From: Deltaproteobacteria bacterium
Lineage (GTDB): Bacteria; Myxococcota_A; UBA9160; SZUA-336
Assembly: GCA_031396695.1 (NCBI GenBank)
Contig: JANNLG010000016.1
Coordinates: forward strand, 54,494 to 118,493
DNA: 64,000 nt
Reading direction: 5' to 3'
Below, one piece after another: positions 49,282 to 59,231 of this stretch (the stretch's first letter is position 1; each line of letters begins with the position of its first letter). The notes beneath the pieces were generated by a model. That model saw only the letters and a list, made by a program, of their open reading frames with translations, searched no databases and was not told the DNA's origin. The position numbers were made by a program, and so were the translations under genes.

Positions 49282-51166
49282 CGAAGCCGGCGGACGCGAG
49301 CTCCGTGCGCAGCGCGGAGCCGGGGGCGAGCAGGCGGATCAGCGCCTGCACGGCGGGGCGCTCGAGCCGCCGCTTCGGCACCACGAAATCGTAGTGCTCG
49401 AAGCGCAGCGGGCGAAAGCGCAGTCCCGACTCGCGCGCGACGCTCTCGATCGTCACACCCCAGTCGGCCCGGCCTTGCGCGACCGCCGCCGCGACCGCGT
49501 TGTGCGAACGCGGCTCGTAAGCGAAGCCGTCGGGACGCCGACCGCCGAGCAGACCGTCGATCAGCACGCGCGTGCCGCTGCCGCGATTGCGGTTCACCAT
49601 ACGCAAGCTCGTGTCGGCGACGAGCGCCTCCGTGGGCCTGCGCTCGTCCTCGCGCGTCACCACGCCCTGCATGCGCAGGTAGCCGGGCACCAGGGCGAGA
49701 GACTCGTCGAGGAACGGCGTGTTGTAGGTGTCGGTGGACGGATCGAGCAGGTGCGCGGGCGCGACGTCGCACTCGCCGCGGCGCGCGGCCTCGATCCCGC
49801 CCTGCGAGCCGACCGCGAGCAGCTTCACCGAGAAGCCCTCCGCGTGCAGCGCGCGCGCGATCCGATCCAGGCCCGTGCAGTGGCTGCCGATCACGACCAG
49901 GTCCGCCGGCTCGAGCGAGGGGCCGAGCAGAATCACCTCGACTTCCGTGTCCGCCTCGACGATCTCGAGGTTGCGACCCAGCCGCACGAAGCCGTCGGCG
50001 CGGCTCCAGGTCGTGACGCTGCCGCTGCCCTTTCCCATCGGGTACGCGCCGAGCTCGCCGCCTTCGCCCCGCACCAGCCCGACCAGCAGATACTCGAGCC
50101 GCCCGCGCTCGGTGTGGGTGCGCAGCGCGAGCTTCGCGCGCACCGCCTCGGAGCGCAGCGGCGGCGCGCCCGCCAGCCGGCGCAGCACCGGCGCGACGAA
50201 TTCGTGGAACGTGAACACCGCCGAGGTCGGGAAGCCGGGCAGGATCACGACGGGCTTTCCGTGGTGCGCGGCCAGGCAGATCGGCTTGCCGGGCTTGAGC
50301 GCCACGCCGTGCACGAGGATGCCCGGCTCGAGCTCCGCGACCACGCGGTACGAGAGGTCACCCTCGCCTTTCGACGTGCCGCCCGACAGAACCACCGCGT
50401 CGCACGCGGCGAGGCCCCGCTCGAGCGCGCGCCGCAGCGCGGATTCCTCGTCGCGGAACGCGCCGAAGAAGACCGGCTCGCCGCCGAGCTCGCGCACGGC
50501 GTCGGTGATCATGCGCCCGTTCGAATCGAACACGAGCCCCGGGCGCATCGCGTCGCCCGGGTCGATGATCTCGTCGCCGGTCGAGATCACCGCGACGCGC
50601 GGCTTGCGCACCACCGGAATGCGCGCGGCGCCGATCGCCGCCAGCACGCCGGTCTCGCGAGAGGAGAGGCGCTGGCCCGCGAACAGCACGGTCTCGCCCA
50701 GGCCGATATCGGTGCCCGCGAACGAGACCGCCGCGCCGGGCACGCGCGCCGCGCGCACCACCACGATCCGGTCGCCGTCTTCGACGTCGGTCATCTCCAC
50801 GGGCACGACCGCGTCGGCGCCGCGCGGCAGCATGCCGCCGGTCGCGATCGGCGTCGCCGTGCCGGGCTCCACACTGAGTCGCGGGTGGACACCGGTGGGG
50901 ATCGACTCGTCGTTTCGGCGCAGGCGCACCGGCTCGAGCTCGCTCGCGCCGTAGGTGTCCTGCGCGCGCACCGCGAAGCCGTCCATGTTCGAGCGGTCGA
51001 AGCTCGGCACGTCGACGGGCGCGCGCACTTCGCCGGCGAGCACGCGGTCGAGCGCGATCTCGAGCGGGATCTCCTCGCTGTCGAGCCGCGCGAGCGCGAG
51101 CGCGGCGTGCCAGCGCTGCTCGGCGACGTCGCGGTCGAGCACCTCGAGAAACTGCTCCTGCTTCAC
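49265..51166 (-). CDS. moeA: Molybdopterin molybdo/tungsto-transferase MoeA fused to C-terminal PBP-like domain
   Basis: MoeA N-terminal and MoCF-binding domains (VLSGGTSKGEGD) followed by a ~230-aa periplasmic-binding-protein-like domain. GTG start overlaps the upstream moeA stop (GTGA). Confidence 0.7.
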   Translation of the reverse strand: MKQEQFLEVLDRDVAEQRWHAALALARLDSEEIPLEIALDRVLAGEVRAPVDVPSFDRSNMDGFAVRAQDTYGASELEPVRLRRNDESIPTGVHPRLSVEPGTATPIATGGMLPRGADAVVPVEMTDVEDGDRIVVVRAARVPGAAVSFAGTDIGLGETVLFAGQRLSSRETGVLAAIGAARIPVVRKPRVAVISTGDEIIDPGDAMRPGLVFDSNGRMITDAVRELGGEPVFFGAFRDEESALRRALERGLAACDAVVLSGGTSKGEGDLSYRVVAELEPGILVHGVALKPGKPICLAAHHGKPVVILPGFPTSAVFTFHEFVAPVLRRLAGAPPLRSEAVRAKLALRTHTERGRLEYLLVGLVRGEGGELGAYPMGKGSGSVTTWSRADGFVRLGRNLEIVEADTEVEVILLGPSLEPADLVVIGSHCTGLDRIARALHAEGFSVKLLAVGSQGGIEAARRGECDVAPAHLLDPSTDTYNTPFLDESLALVPGYLRMQGVVTREDERRPTEALVADTSLRMVNRNRGSGTRVLIDGLLGGRRPDGFAYEPRSHNAVAAAVAQGRADWGVTIESVARESGLRFRPLRFEHYDFVVPKRRLERPAVQALIRLLAPGSALRTELASAGFVSAPA

Positions 51167-52434
51167 GGCCGCACCGCGCTGCGCAGCGCCGCGCCCTCGC
51201 GCGAATCTTCGTCGTAGAGCAGAACCTCGACCTCGGCGCCCTCGGGCATGCCCTCGAGCTCCCGCGGCACGATCACGGCGCCGTCGGCGCGCACCGTCGA
51301 CGACAGGATCGACGCGCCCGCGGTGGCGAGCGGCGCCACGCGCTCGCCTTCGAAGGCGACGCGCACGTAGTCCGTGCGGCCCACCTCGGAGCTGAGCTTG
51401 CGCGCAAGCACCGCCCGCACGCGCCTGTGCGGCCAGGCACGCGTGCGGCCGCCGAGCGCGCGAATCGAGGGCCCGGCGAAGAACTCGTACGCGCACAGGC
51501 AGCTGACGGGATTGCCCGGCAAGAGGAATACCAGCGCGGCGCCGATCCGGCCGCCGCCCGCCGGGCTCGAGGGGCGCATCGAGACGCCGTGGAAGAGCAG
51601 CTCACCGTGTTCTGCGAGCAGCCGCGGCGCGTGGTCTTCGGCGCCGACGCTCGAACCGCCGGAGACCAGCACGACGTCGGCGTCGCCGGCCGTCAGCGCG
51701 GCGGCGATCAGCTCAGGACGGTCCGGGATCAGCTCGAACGGCAACAGCGCCCCGCCGTCGCGCGCGACCAGCGCGCGCAGCACCACCGAGTTCGAGTCGA
51801 CGATCTTGACGCCGTTCGGTGTAGAGCCGGGCGGAAGCAGCTCGTCGCCGGTGACGACGAGCTTCACGCGCGGCCGGCGCACGCAGGCGACGGAGCCCTG
51901 GCCGATCGACGCGATCAAGCCTGCGTCCTGCGGCCGGAGCCGGCGGCCCGCCCGGAGCACGAGCTCGCCGGCGCGGATGTCCTCGCCGATGGCGCCGATG
52001 TTCTTGCGCGGCGCGACCGGCTCGTGCAGGACGACGCGCCCGCCGCGCTCCTCGCAGACCTCCGCCTTGACGACCGCGTCGGCGCCGGCGGGGACCGGCG
52101 CGCCCGTCATGATGCGCACCGCCTCGTCCTTGCCCACGCGCCCGGCGAACGCGCGGCCGGGAAGGGTCTCGCCGATCAGCGCGAACTCGAGCCCCGCGTA
52201 GTCGGAGGCGCCGAACGTGTCCTCGCCGCGGAGCGCGTAGCCGTCCATGGCCGAGCGCGCGAAGCTCGGCACGTCCACGCGCGAGACGACACCCTCAGCG
52301 AGCACGCGACCGACGCAGTCGAGCACGCCGACGGGCTCCGCGGCAAGACTCGCGCACAGCCCCGCGAGCAGGCGATCGACCTCCTCGACGTCCTTCCGCT
52401 CCGCGAATCCCCGCATCCGCACGTCGCGAGTCAT
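51163..52434 (-). CDS. moeA: Molybdopterin molybdotransferase MoeA
   Basis: SAMDGYAL, VLVSGGSSVGAEDH, LPGNPVS motifs; 423 aa. Confidence 0.8.
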   Translation of the reverse strand: MTRDVRMRGFAERKDVEEVDRLLAGLCASLAAEPVGVLDCVGRVLAEGVVSRVDVPSFARSAMDGYALRGEDTFGASDYAGLEFALIGETLPGRAFAGRVGKDEAVRIMTGAPVPAGADAVVKAEVCEERGGRVVLHEPVAPRKNIGAIGEDIRAGELVLRAGRRLRPQDAGLIASIGQGSVACVRRPRVKLVVTGDELLPPGSTPNGVKIVDSNSVVLRALVARDGGALLPFELIPDRPELIAAALTAGDADVVLVSGGSSVGAEDHAPRLLAEHGELLFHGVSMRPSSPAGGGRIGAALVFLLPGNPVSCLCAYEFFAGPSIRALGGRTRAWPHRRVRAVLARKLSSEVGRTDYVRVAFEGERVAPLATAGASILSSTVRADGAVIVPRELEGMPEGAEVEVLLYDEDSREGAALRSAVRP

Positions 52435-52468
52435 CGCGGAACCCGAGCCGCCTTCGGTGCTGTCCCTT

Positions 52469-54190
52469 TCAGCCGGCCGCTTTGGTCGTGTAGAGCTTGT
52501 CGCGTCCCGGCTTGCGCACCTTGGCGTCGGCGATGATCTCGGCGGGCACGTCGAAGACGACCTTGGCCGGACCGATCGCGTCCTCCTTCATGCACGCCGG
52601 GAGCACGTCGTCGGCGTCGGTGAAGCCGGCGCGGCGGTTGAACTCCCACTCGTCCAGCAGCACCTGCCAGCCCTGGTCGGCGATCTCTTCGCGCGAGATC
52701 TCGCGCCCGACCATGAAGCCGTAGAACTGGCGGATGTCGTCGAGCGTCGGCTGCACGAACTGGCAGAAGCCCGACGAGTCGCAGACCGCGTTCACCAGCT
52801 GCACTTCCTGGGAGGCCTGCGCGAACTGGTCGGCGGGGAGACCCGGGTTCACGACCAGCCCCGCGGTGTGATCCGCCCCCTGCGCGCTGGTCGCGTAGGT
52901 CACGCCCGTGGCCTTGAGCGGCCGCGGATCCCAAGCCGGGATCGCCTGACCGCGCACGACCGGCACGCGGTGGTGCTTGGTGTGCTTCCCGGTCGCGGCG
53001 CAGCCGTTGCCGATCACCTTGCCGAGCTCGGTGCCCTTGCCCACGTCGGCGACCAGCTTCTTCATCGCCGCCGCGTCACCCCAGCTCATCTTGCCCGCGT
53101 CCATCAGCACGCCGATCGCGGCGCCGGTCTCGATCGTGTCGAGACCCACCTCGTCGCACAGCCGGTCGAGGTCGGCGACATCCTCCCAGCTCGCGACCGC
53201 GCAGTTCGAGCCGAGCAGCGTCAGCGTCTCGAACTCGAGCGCGCTCGTCACGTAGTTGCCCTTGCCGTCGTGCACGACGTTCGAGCACTTCACGATGCAG
53301 CCAGTCAGGCAGTTGTGCATGCCACCGCCGCGCTTGTCGAAGCTCTCCACGATGCGCGCGCCGTCGAGCGTCGCCGCGTCGGGCGACTGGCCCGAGGTGC
53401 GATTCTTGTACGGGAAGGTGTGGAGCATGTTCGCGACGGGCACGACCGACGAGGTGCCGGTCTTGAACATCTGCGGTCCGTCCAGGTACCCGCGCGTGTA
53501 CTTCTTGGAGAGCTCGTTGAAGCCGGCCTTGTCCTTCGGCTCGCGCACGCGCGCCTTGCCGCGCTCGACCGCGACGAACTTCAGGCGCTTGGAGCCCATC
53601 ACCGCGCCCACGCCGCCGCGCGCCGCGTGGCGCGCCGGGTGGCGGCTGTCCTGGTCGGTGCAGGCGACCGACGAGCCCTTCAGCATCTGCTCGCCCGCCG
53701 GGCCGATCGTGATGAACGAGGCGTTCTTCGTGTACTTGTGGGTGAGCTCTTCGCAGGTCGCGTAGTTCCACTTCAGCGCCAGGTCGTCGGCGGGCACGAT
53801 GCGCACGCCCTTGTCGTCGCACTCCAGACCGTAGAGCCGCTTCATGTCCTTCGGCTGACCCTTCACGACGATCGCGCGGATGCCGAGCTTGTTCAGGTCC
53901 TGGCCGGGATTGCCGCCGACGTTGGCTTCCTTGATGCCGTTGGTCAGCGGGCTCTTGCAGCCCACGCTGAGCCGGCCCGAGGTCGGCGCCGAAGTTCCGG
54001 CCAGCACGCCGGGCGCGAGCACAAGCACGTTCTCGGCGCCGAGCGGATCGCACTTGGCGTTCTTCAGGTCGCGCAGCAGGATCTTGGCCGACAGCCCGCG
54101 CCCGCCCAGCAGCTCCCATTCCGCCGGCAGATTCTCATTCGAGACGGTCAGGTTGGTCATGTCGACGTGAACGAGCTTGTCGCCTTGCAT
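52469..54190 (-). CDS. aor: Aldehyde:ferredoxin oxidoreductase (tungsten/molybdopterin-containing AOR family)
   Basis: 573 aa; AOR N-terminal domain (GGRGLSAKILL...) and pterin-binding domains. GGAGGA RBS before ATG 54190. Confidence 0.85.
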   Translation of the reverse strand: MQGDKLVHVDMTNLTVSNENLPAEWELLGGRGLSAKILLRDLKNAKCDPLGAENVLVLAPGVLAGTSAPTSGRLSVGCKSPLTNGIKEANVGGNPGQDLNKLGIRAIVVKGQPKDMKRLYGLECDDKGVRIVPADDLALKWNYATCEELTHKYTKNASFITIGPAGEQMLKGSSVACTDQDSRHPARHAARGGVGAVMGSKRLKFVAVERGKARVREPKDKAGFNELSKKYTRGYLDGPQMFKTGTSSVVPVANMLHTFPYKNRTSGQSPDAATLDGARIVESFDKRGGGMHNCLTGCIVKCSNVVHDGKGNYVTSALEFETLTLLGSNCAVASWEDVADLDRLCDEVGLDTIETGAAIGVLMDAGKMSWGDAAAMKKLVADVGKGTELGKVIGNGCAATGKHTKHHRVPVVRGQAIPAWDPRPLKATGVTYATSAQGADHTAGLVVNPGLPADQFAQASQEVQLVNAVCDSSGFCQFVQPTLDDIRQFYGFMVGREISREEIADQGWQVLLDEWEFNRRAGFTDADDVLPACMKEDAIGPAKVVFDVPAEIIADAKVRKPGRDKLYTTKAAG

Positions 54191-54238
54191 CGCAATCCTC
54201 CTCGAAAGTATGGGCAGCGTACCACCGGACTCCGGCCT

Positions 54239-54498
54239 TCAGCCACCCGCGATCGCGGCCACGATCTCGAGCTCGTCGCTGGCCGCGAGCGGCTGGTCGA
54301 GGCGCTTGGCATCGACCGGCTCGCCGTTCACGAACAGCTTCACGAAGCGGTGCAGGTTTCCGCGCGCGTCGAACACCTGCGGGGCGAAGCCGGGGAACTT
54401 CTTCTCGACCGCCTCGATCGCGGCGCGCACGGTCGCGGCGTCGACGGCCAGCTCCTCCTGGCCGTGGGTCGGCCCGCGGTAGGGCGAGGGGATCAGGA
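54239..54498 (-). CDS. moaD: MoaD/ThiS-family sulfur-carrier protein
   Basis: 86 aa from GTG 54498 (RBS GGAGGTG 8 nt upstream); ends ...EIVAAIAGG (C-terminal Gly-Gly). Confidence 0.65.
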
Positions 54499-54524
54499 TT
54501 CTGGGCACTTTTTCACCTCCACGA

Positions 54525-55292
54525 TCAGAACGCGAACACCCGGAACTCGTGGGTGCCACGGAAGCCGAGCGACGCGAACAGCGCGCGCGCCGCTTGCTCT
54601 CCGTCCTTCAGCTGGATCACCACGCGGCGCTCCGGGCTTTCCAGCGCGCGCACCGCCGCGCTGGCGAGCGCGCGCGCGTAGCCCTGACGGCGGCAGTCCT
54701 CGCGCGTCTCGAGGTGCGCGAGCAGCGCCACGCGCTCGCTCGTGAAGCGCGCCCCCGCGACGGCGGCGAGCTCGCCGTTCGCGTCGCGAATGCCGAAGAA
54801 CGGCCCCAGCTCGAGCTCGAGTCGCGCGAAGCTCGTGCCACAGTAGTGTGTCAGCTCGTCCGCGTCCGTGATCGCCTCCACGCGCGGGTCGCGCGCGGGC
54901 AGCGGCACGCCCGAGTCGAGCCGCGCCATCTGCAGCTCGGTGCGAATCTCGCGCCCGCCCGCGCGCGCGACCTGCGCCCCCAGACGCGCCGGCACCGGGC
55001 ACACGAACGGCCTCGGCATGCGCGGCAAGAGCGCCGCCGCGACCCCGGGCAGCGCGCCGTCGACCGCCACGACGCGGAACGGAAACAGCCCGTCGATGGC
55101 GGCCGCGAGCCCGACCACGCGCTCGCCGTGCAGCGATTCGACCACCTCGACGCGCGCGAGCAGGCCCGGCACCTCGAGCGCCGCGTGCAGCCACAGCCGC
55201 TCGAGCAACGCCGCGCGCGCAAATGCACGCGCCGCCGCGAGCGCGGCCGAGTCCCCTTCCTTCAGGGGCCGATACACGTAGCGACTTGCCAT
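54525..55292 (-). CDS. GNAT family N-acetyltransferase
   Basis: C-terminal acetyl-CoA-binding-like segment (RRQGYARALASAAV...). Weak call. Confidence 0.5.
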   Translation of the reverse strand: MASRYVYRPLKEGDSAALAAARAFARAALLERLWLHAALEVPGLLARVEVVESLHGERVVGLAAAIDGLFPFRVVAVDGALPGVAAALLPRMPRPFVCPVPARLGAQVARAGGREIRTELQMARLDSGVPLPARDPRVEAITDADELTHYCGTSFARLELELGPFFGIRDANGELAAVAGARFTSERVALLAHLETREDCRRQGYARALASAAVRALESPERRVVIQLKDGEQAARALFASLGFRGTHEFRVFAF

Positions 55293-55369
55293 CCGGCGCC
55301 GATCCTAGCCCATCCTGTCTGCAGGACGGTCTTACGAATTGTGATCAACGACCCCCTAGACAACCCGCT

Positions 55370-55690
55370 TCAGGCGGCACCCTTCTGGATCGCGGCCATG
55401 TACGCGCGCAACACCGCATTGATCCTCGACTGGTAGCGGGGACCCTGCGCCTTGAACCAGTTCAGAACGTCCTCGTCGACCCGAAGCGAGATCGGCTGCT
55501 TCGGAGTCGGGTGAACGACCGAGGCGGTCTCGAAGAAGTCAGCCGGAAGATCCGCGAGCTCCGGCGGCGAAGTGCCGCGAATCGTCCGCTCCGTCGACTT
55601 TCGAAGGCGAGCGAGATTCGCTCGTCCGCGGCGCGGCTTTTCACTCTTGCGAGAGGGCTTGGTAGTACGCTTGACGTTCACGACGATCAC
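55370..55690 (-). CDS. brnA: BrnA antitoxin (CopG-like)
   Basis: C-terminal ISLRVDEDVLNWFKAQGPRYQSRINAVLRAYM matches the BrnA family signature. The start may be an internal codon, since this ORF overlaps brnT by ~50 nt. Confidence 0.6.
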   Translation of the reverse strand: MIVVNVKRTTKPSRKSEKPRRGRANLARLRKSTERTIRGTSPPELADLPADFFETASVVHPTPKQPISLRVDEDVLNWFKAQGPRYQSRINAVLRAYMAAIQKGAA

Positions 55691-55946
55691 TCATGCGAGC
55701 CGAGATGATTCTGCGGATCACGACGCCGGCCTCGGCCCGGTCGGTGTAGACGACGGTGAGCGCATTCCCCTGAGCCAGTCCGATCGTAACCACACGCTGC
55801 TCCCCGTAGTCCCGGCGCTGATCCTGGCGCTCGAGCGTGGGGCCCTCGAATACGAGGGTTGCGAACTCGAAGTCGAATCCGCGTGCACGAAGGTTTTCTT
55901 CACTCCTGCGAAGATCCCACGCGAAGCGCACTCGTCCAAAATACAT
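55641..55946 (-). CDS. brnT: BrnT toxin (DUF497 ribonuclease)
   Basis: FAWDLRRSEENLRARGFDFEFATLVFEGP...VVTIGL...ISARMSDRRERQAY matches the BrnT/DUF497 pattern. Start is ATG 55946 or the GTG 5 codons downstream. Confidence 0.6.
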   Translation of the reverse strand: MYFGRVRFAWDLRRSEENLRARGFDFEFATLVFEGPTLERQDQRRDYGEQRVVTIGLAQGNALTVVYTDRAEAGVVIRRIISARMSDRRERQAYYQALSQE

Positions 55947-55961
55947 CTGTATATACAGATG
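55944..55961. repeat. Perfect 18-bp palindrome CATCTGTATATACAGATG overlapping brnT start codon
   Basis: Seen directly. Contains TATATA; candidate TA operator and/or -10 element. Confidence 0.5.
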
Positions 55962-56315
55962 CGCAATCGACGAGTTCGCGGAAGCGGCCACGGGCGGACG
56001 TGCTCCCGCCCCCTCGGCTTCTTGAAGGAAAGAGGCATCCAATTCGCGAATCCGACGGCTTCCTCTGTGGACGGTTCATCGCTCCTGGCTACGCCACGGC
56101 CTCACGATGGCGTCCACGTCGAGATCCGATGGATGCCACCTTCTAGGAATCGGTGGTAGAAAGAACCCCTACAGATCATTGCCTTCATGACATAGGCCAC
56201 TTGCGTTCGACCACGACGTGATCGACTACGACCGGCATCACTACACGTTGACGCGCGCGAGTGGACGGTCATCGAGGCCCGCGGACTCGCGCCGAGACGA
56301 ACGCAGGGGCGGGCC

Positions 56316-56373
56316 GGATGGGGGTCGACGAAGCGGTCGGCTGTGCCGGGCACCGCTGAGGAGACCCCCATCC
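56316..56373. repeat. Nested GC-rich inverted repeat (11-bp perfect arms GGATGGGGGTC/GACCCCCATCC with inner 6-bp IR AGCGGT/ACCGCT)
   Basis: Seen directly in the 470-bp non-coding, lower-GC spacer between the SDR stop (56417) and brnT. Confidence 0.5.
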
Positions 56374-56416
56374 GGCGCGCCCCGGCACTCGCACTCACGA
56401 ACGAATACGCGGTGCG

Positions 56417-57187
56417 TCAGCCCTTCGGCGGCATCCGGATCGCGCCGTCGAGCCGGATCACTTCCCCGTTCAGCATGCCGTTCTCGATGATCGAACGGGC
56501 GAGGTGCGCGTACTCGACCGGGCGGCCGAGGCGGCGCGGGAACGGGATGTTGGCGGCGAGCGCCTGGCGTGCGGGCTCGGGCAGGCCGGCGAGCAGCGGC
56601 GTGTCGAACAGGCCCGGCGCGATCGTCACCACGCGGATGCCGAGCGAGGACAGGTCGCGCGCGACCGGCAGGGTCATGCCGATCACCGCCGCCTTCGAGG
56701 CTGCGTAGGCGATCTGCCCGATCTGTCCGTCGTAGCCGGCGACCGAGGCGGTGTTCACGATCACGCCGCGCTCACCCTCGCTGTCTGCGTCGTTTTTGCT
56801 CATGCGGTGGGCTTCGAAGCGGATCGCGTTGAAGGTGCCGACCACGTTCACCTCGAGCACCTTCATGAACGGCTCGAGCGGGTGTGGTCCTTCCTTCGTC
56901 ACGGTGCGCTGTGCCCAGCCGATGCCCGCGCAGTTCACCGCGATGCGGATTCCGCCGAATTCGGCGACGGCGCGGTCGACCGCGGCCTCGACCTGGTCGG
57001 CCTTGGTCACGTCGCAGGGGCAGAAGATCGTGCCGCGGCCGAGCTCGGCGGCGACTTTCTCGCCGGGCGAGCGCGGCAGGTCGAGGATCGCGACGCGCGC
57101 GCCGGCGGCGATCAGCTCAGCGACCGTCGCGCCTCCGAGTCCGGACGCTCCACCCGTGACGACGGCGCCAGCGCCCTGGATCTGCAT
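56417..57187 (-). CDS. SDR family oxidoreductase (3-hydroxyacyl-CoA dehydrogenase type-2/HSD10-like)
   Basis: ATG 57187 ([20 protein letters not shown]), YAASKAAV catalytic motif. The rest of the 56417..58474 ORF is shadow over speA. Confidence 0.8.
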   Translation of the reverse strand: MQIQGAGAVVTGGASGLGGATVAELIAAGARVAILDLPRSPGEKVAAELGRGTIFCPCDVTKADQVEAAVDRAVAEFGGIRIAVNCAGIGWAQRTVTKEGPHPLEPFMKVLEVNVVGTFNAIRFEAHRMSKNDADSEGERGVIVNTASVAGYDGQIGQIAYAASKAAVIGMTLPVARDLSSLGIRVVTIAPGLFDTPLLAGLPEPARQALAANIPFPRRLGRPVEYAHLARSIIENGMLNGEVIRLDGAIRMPPKG

Positions 57188-57192
57188 GTTGG

Positions 57193-59136
57193 CTAGGACT
57201 CCTGCTCGAGGTAGGTGTAGCCGCTCATGCCCTGCTCGAAGCGGCGGCGCAGCAGCGCGGATTCTTCCAGCGTGAGCCGGCCCTCGCGCATCGCCGTCTC
57301 GGCGGCCATGCGCACGGACTCGGTCAGCGCGCGGCGGTCGTAGCCCAGGTACTGCACCACCTGCTCGACCGAATCGCCCTGCACCACCTGCTCGACGCTG
57401 TAGCCGCCGTCCTCGTACACCTTCACGTGTACGGCGTCGGTGTCGCCGAACAGGTTGTGCATCTCGCCCAGCGTCTCTTGATAGGCGCCGACCAGGAACA
57501 CGCCCAGGTAGTAGGGGCGGCCGTTCGGCGCGTGCAGCTCGAGCACGTTCTTCACGTCGCGCAGATCGATGAACTCGCTGACCTTGCCGTCGGAGTCGCA
57601 AGTCAGGTCCGCGAAGGTGCCGCGGCGCAGCGGCGCCTCGTCGAGCCGGTGGATCGGGACCACCGGGAAGAGCTGCTTCATGGCCCACGAATCGGGCAGC
57701 GACTGGAACACCGAGAAGTTTCCGTAGTACTTGTCCGCGAGCTGGCGCTCCAAGCGCTGCAGGTCGTCGGGCACGTAGGTCATCTCGCGCACGATGCGCA
57801 GGATCTTCTCGCAGCAGGCCCAGAACAGCTCTTCCATCTTCGCGCGCGTCTGCAGGTCGAGGTAGCCGAGCGCGAACGCGGTGGTCGCCTCTTCCTTCAG
57901 CTGCAGCACGTCGTTGTACGACTCCTGTACGTTGCGGGTCGTGATCGAGCCCCAGACCTCGAACAGCTGCTGGATGACCTTCTGGTCGTCCTCGCCAGGT
58001 TGGGTCGGCGTCGCAGTCGAGCGCACGCCGTCCACGGAGAGCACGTCGAAGATCAGCACCGACGCGTGCGAGACCAGCGCGCGGCCGGCTTCCGTGACGA
58101 TGTCGGGGTGCGGCACGCCCTTCTCGTCGCAGATGTCGCGGATCGCGCTCACCACGTCGTAGGCGTACTCCTGCGTGGTGTAGTTCATCGACGAGTGGAA
58201 GTTGGTTTGCGAGCCGTCGTAGTCGACGCCGAGCCCGCCGCCCACGTCCATGAACTTCACCGGCGCGCCCAGCGTGTGCAGCTCCGTGAAGATGTGCGAC
58301 GCCTCGCGGAACGCGTCCTTGTGCGCGCGGATGGCGGTGACCTGCGAGCCGCTGTGGAAGTGCAGCATCTCGAGGCAGTCGAGCATGTCGTCGTGCCGCA
58401 GCCGGTTCACTACGCCCATCAGCTCTTCGGCCGAGAGTCCGAACTTCGAGCGGTCGCCGGACGACTCCGCCCACTTGCCCGCGCCCTTGCTGGCGAGCCG
58501 CGCGCGCACGCCGATGTGCGGGCGGATGCCGAGCTCGCGGCTGACCTTGATCAGCGTGTCGAGCTCGTTCGGGCGGTCGATCACGATCACGACGTAGCGG
58601 CCGAGCCGCTGAGCCAGCAGCGCCAGCTCCATGTACGCCCTGTCCTTGTAGCCGTTGCAGATGATCAGGGCTTCCGGCGTGTCGAGCGTCGCGAGCCCGA
58701 CCAGGAGCTCCGGCTTGGAGCCGACCTCGAGCCCGAGGTGGTGCGGGCGGCCGAAGTTGACCAACTCCTCCACGACCTGGCGCTGCTGGTTGACCTTGAT
58801 CGGGTACACGCCGCGGTAGCGGCCCTTGTACTCGTACTCAGCTATCGCGCGCGTGAAGCAGCCCGAGATGTGGCGCACGCGACTCGCGAGGATGTCGGAG
58901 AAGCGGATCACGAGCGGCGTGCGCAGGCCTCGCCCGCGCAGCTCTTCGACCAGCGCCGGCAGGTTCACCTGCGCGGTGCCCGGGCCCGCGGGATGGACGA
59001 GCATGTCGCCCGTCGCACTCACCGAAAAATACTCACCACCCCAATAGGGGATGCCGTACAGCTCAGCGGCCTCTCGAACGGTCCAAGCGCGCATCGACCA
59101 CTCCTTGGCAGACAACAGGCGCGGCGCTCGCGCCAA
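57193..59136 (-). CDS. speA: Biosynthetic arginine decarboxylase
   Basis: Conserved along its length against SpeA ([54 protein letters not shown]-terminus). Start may be the downstream ATG at 59094. Confidence 0.85.
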   Translation of the reverse strand: MARAPRLLSAKEWSMRAWTVREAAELYGIPYWGGEYFSVSATGDMLVHPAGPGTAQVNLPALVEELRGRGLRTPLVIRFSDILASRVRHISGCFTRAIAEYEYKGRYRGVYPIKVNQQRQVVEELVNFGRPHHLGLEVGSKPELLVGLATLDTPEALIICNGYKDRAYMELALLAQRLGRYVVIVIDRPNELDTLIKVSRELGIRPHIGVRARLASKGAGKWAESSGDRSKFGLSAEELMGVVNRLRHDDMLDCLEMLHFHSGSQVTAIRAHKDAFREASHIFTELHTLGAPVKFMDVGGGLGVDYDGSQTNFHSSMNYTTQEYAYDVVSAIRDICDEKGVPHPDIVTEAGRALVSHASVLIFDVLSVDGVRSTATPTQPGEDDQKVIQQLFEVWGSITTRNVQESYNDVLQLKEEATTAFALGYLDLQTRAKMEELFWACCEKILRIVREMTYVPDDLQRLERQLADKYYGNFSVFQSLPDSWAMKQLFPVVPIHRLDEAPLRRGTFADLTCDSDGKVSEFIDLRDVKNVLELHAPNGRPYYLGVFLVGAYQETLGEMHNLFGDTDAVHVKVYEDGGYSVEQVVQGDSVEQVVQYLGYDRRALTESVRMAAETAMREGRLTLEESALLRRRFEQGMSGYTYLEQES

Positions 59137-59231
59137 AAAAGGCGCGAGTCGCGGCGCATGTTAACGCCACTGGAACTACAGGTCGAGCGATTCGCCCAAA
59201 AACTTTGGGACTTATGGGTCCCGGCGCGCGG

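Noticed and set aside
55950-56416. Small ORFs (e.g. 55859..56146 +, 56102..56398 -, 56218..56490 +) in the brnT-SDR spacer
   Set aside because: Overlapping, short, lacking RBSs and domain features. The region is more plausibly non-coding (promoter plus structured elements).
57188-58474. Upstream part of ORF 56417..58474 (-)
   Set aside because: Shadow over speA. The genuine SDR gene starts at ATG 57187.
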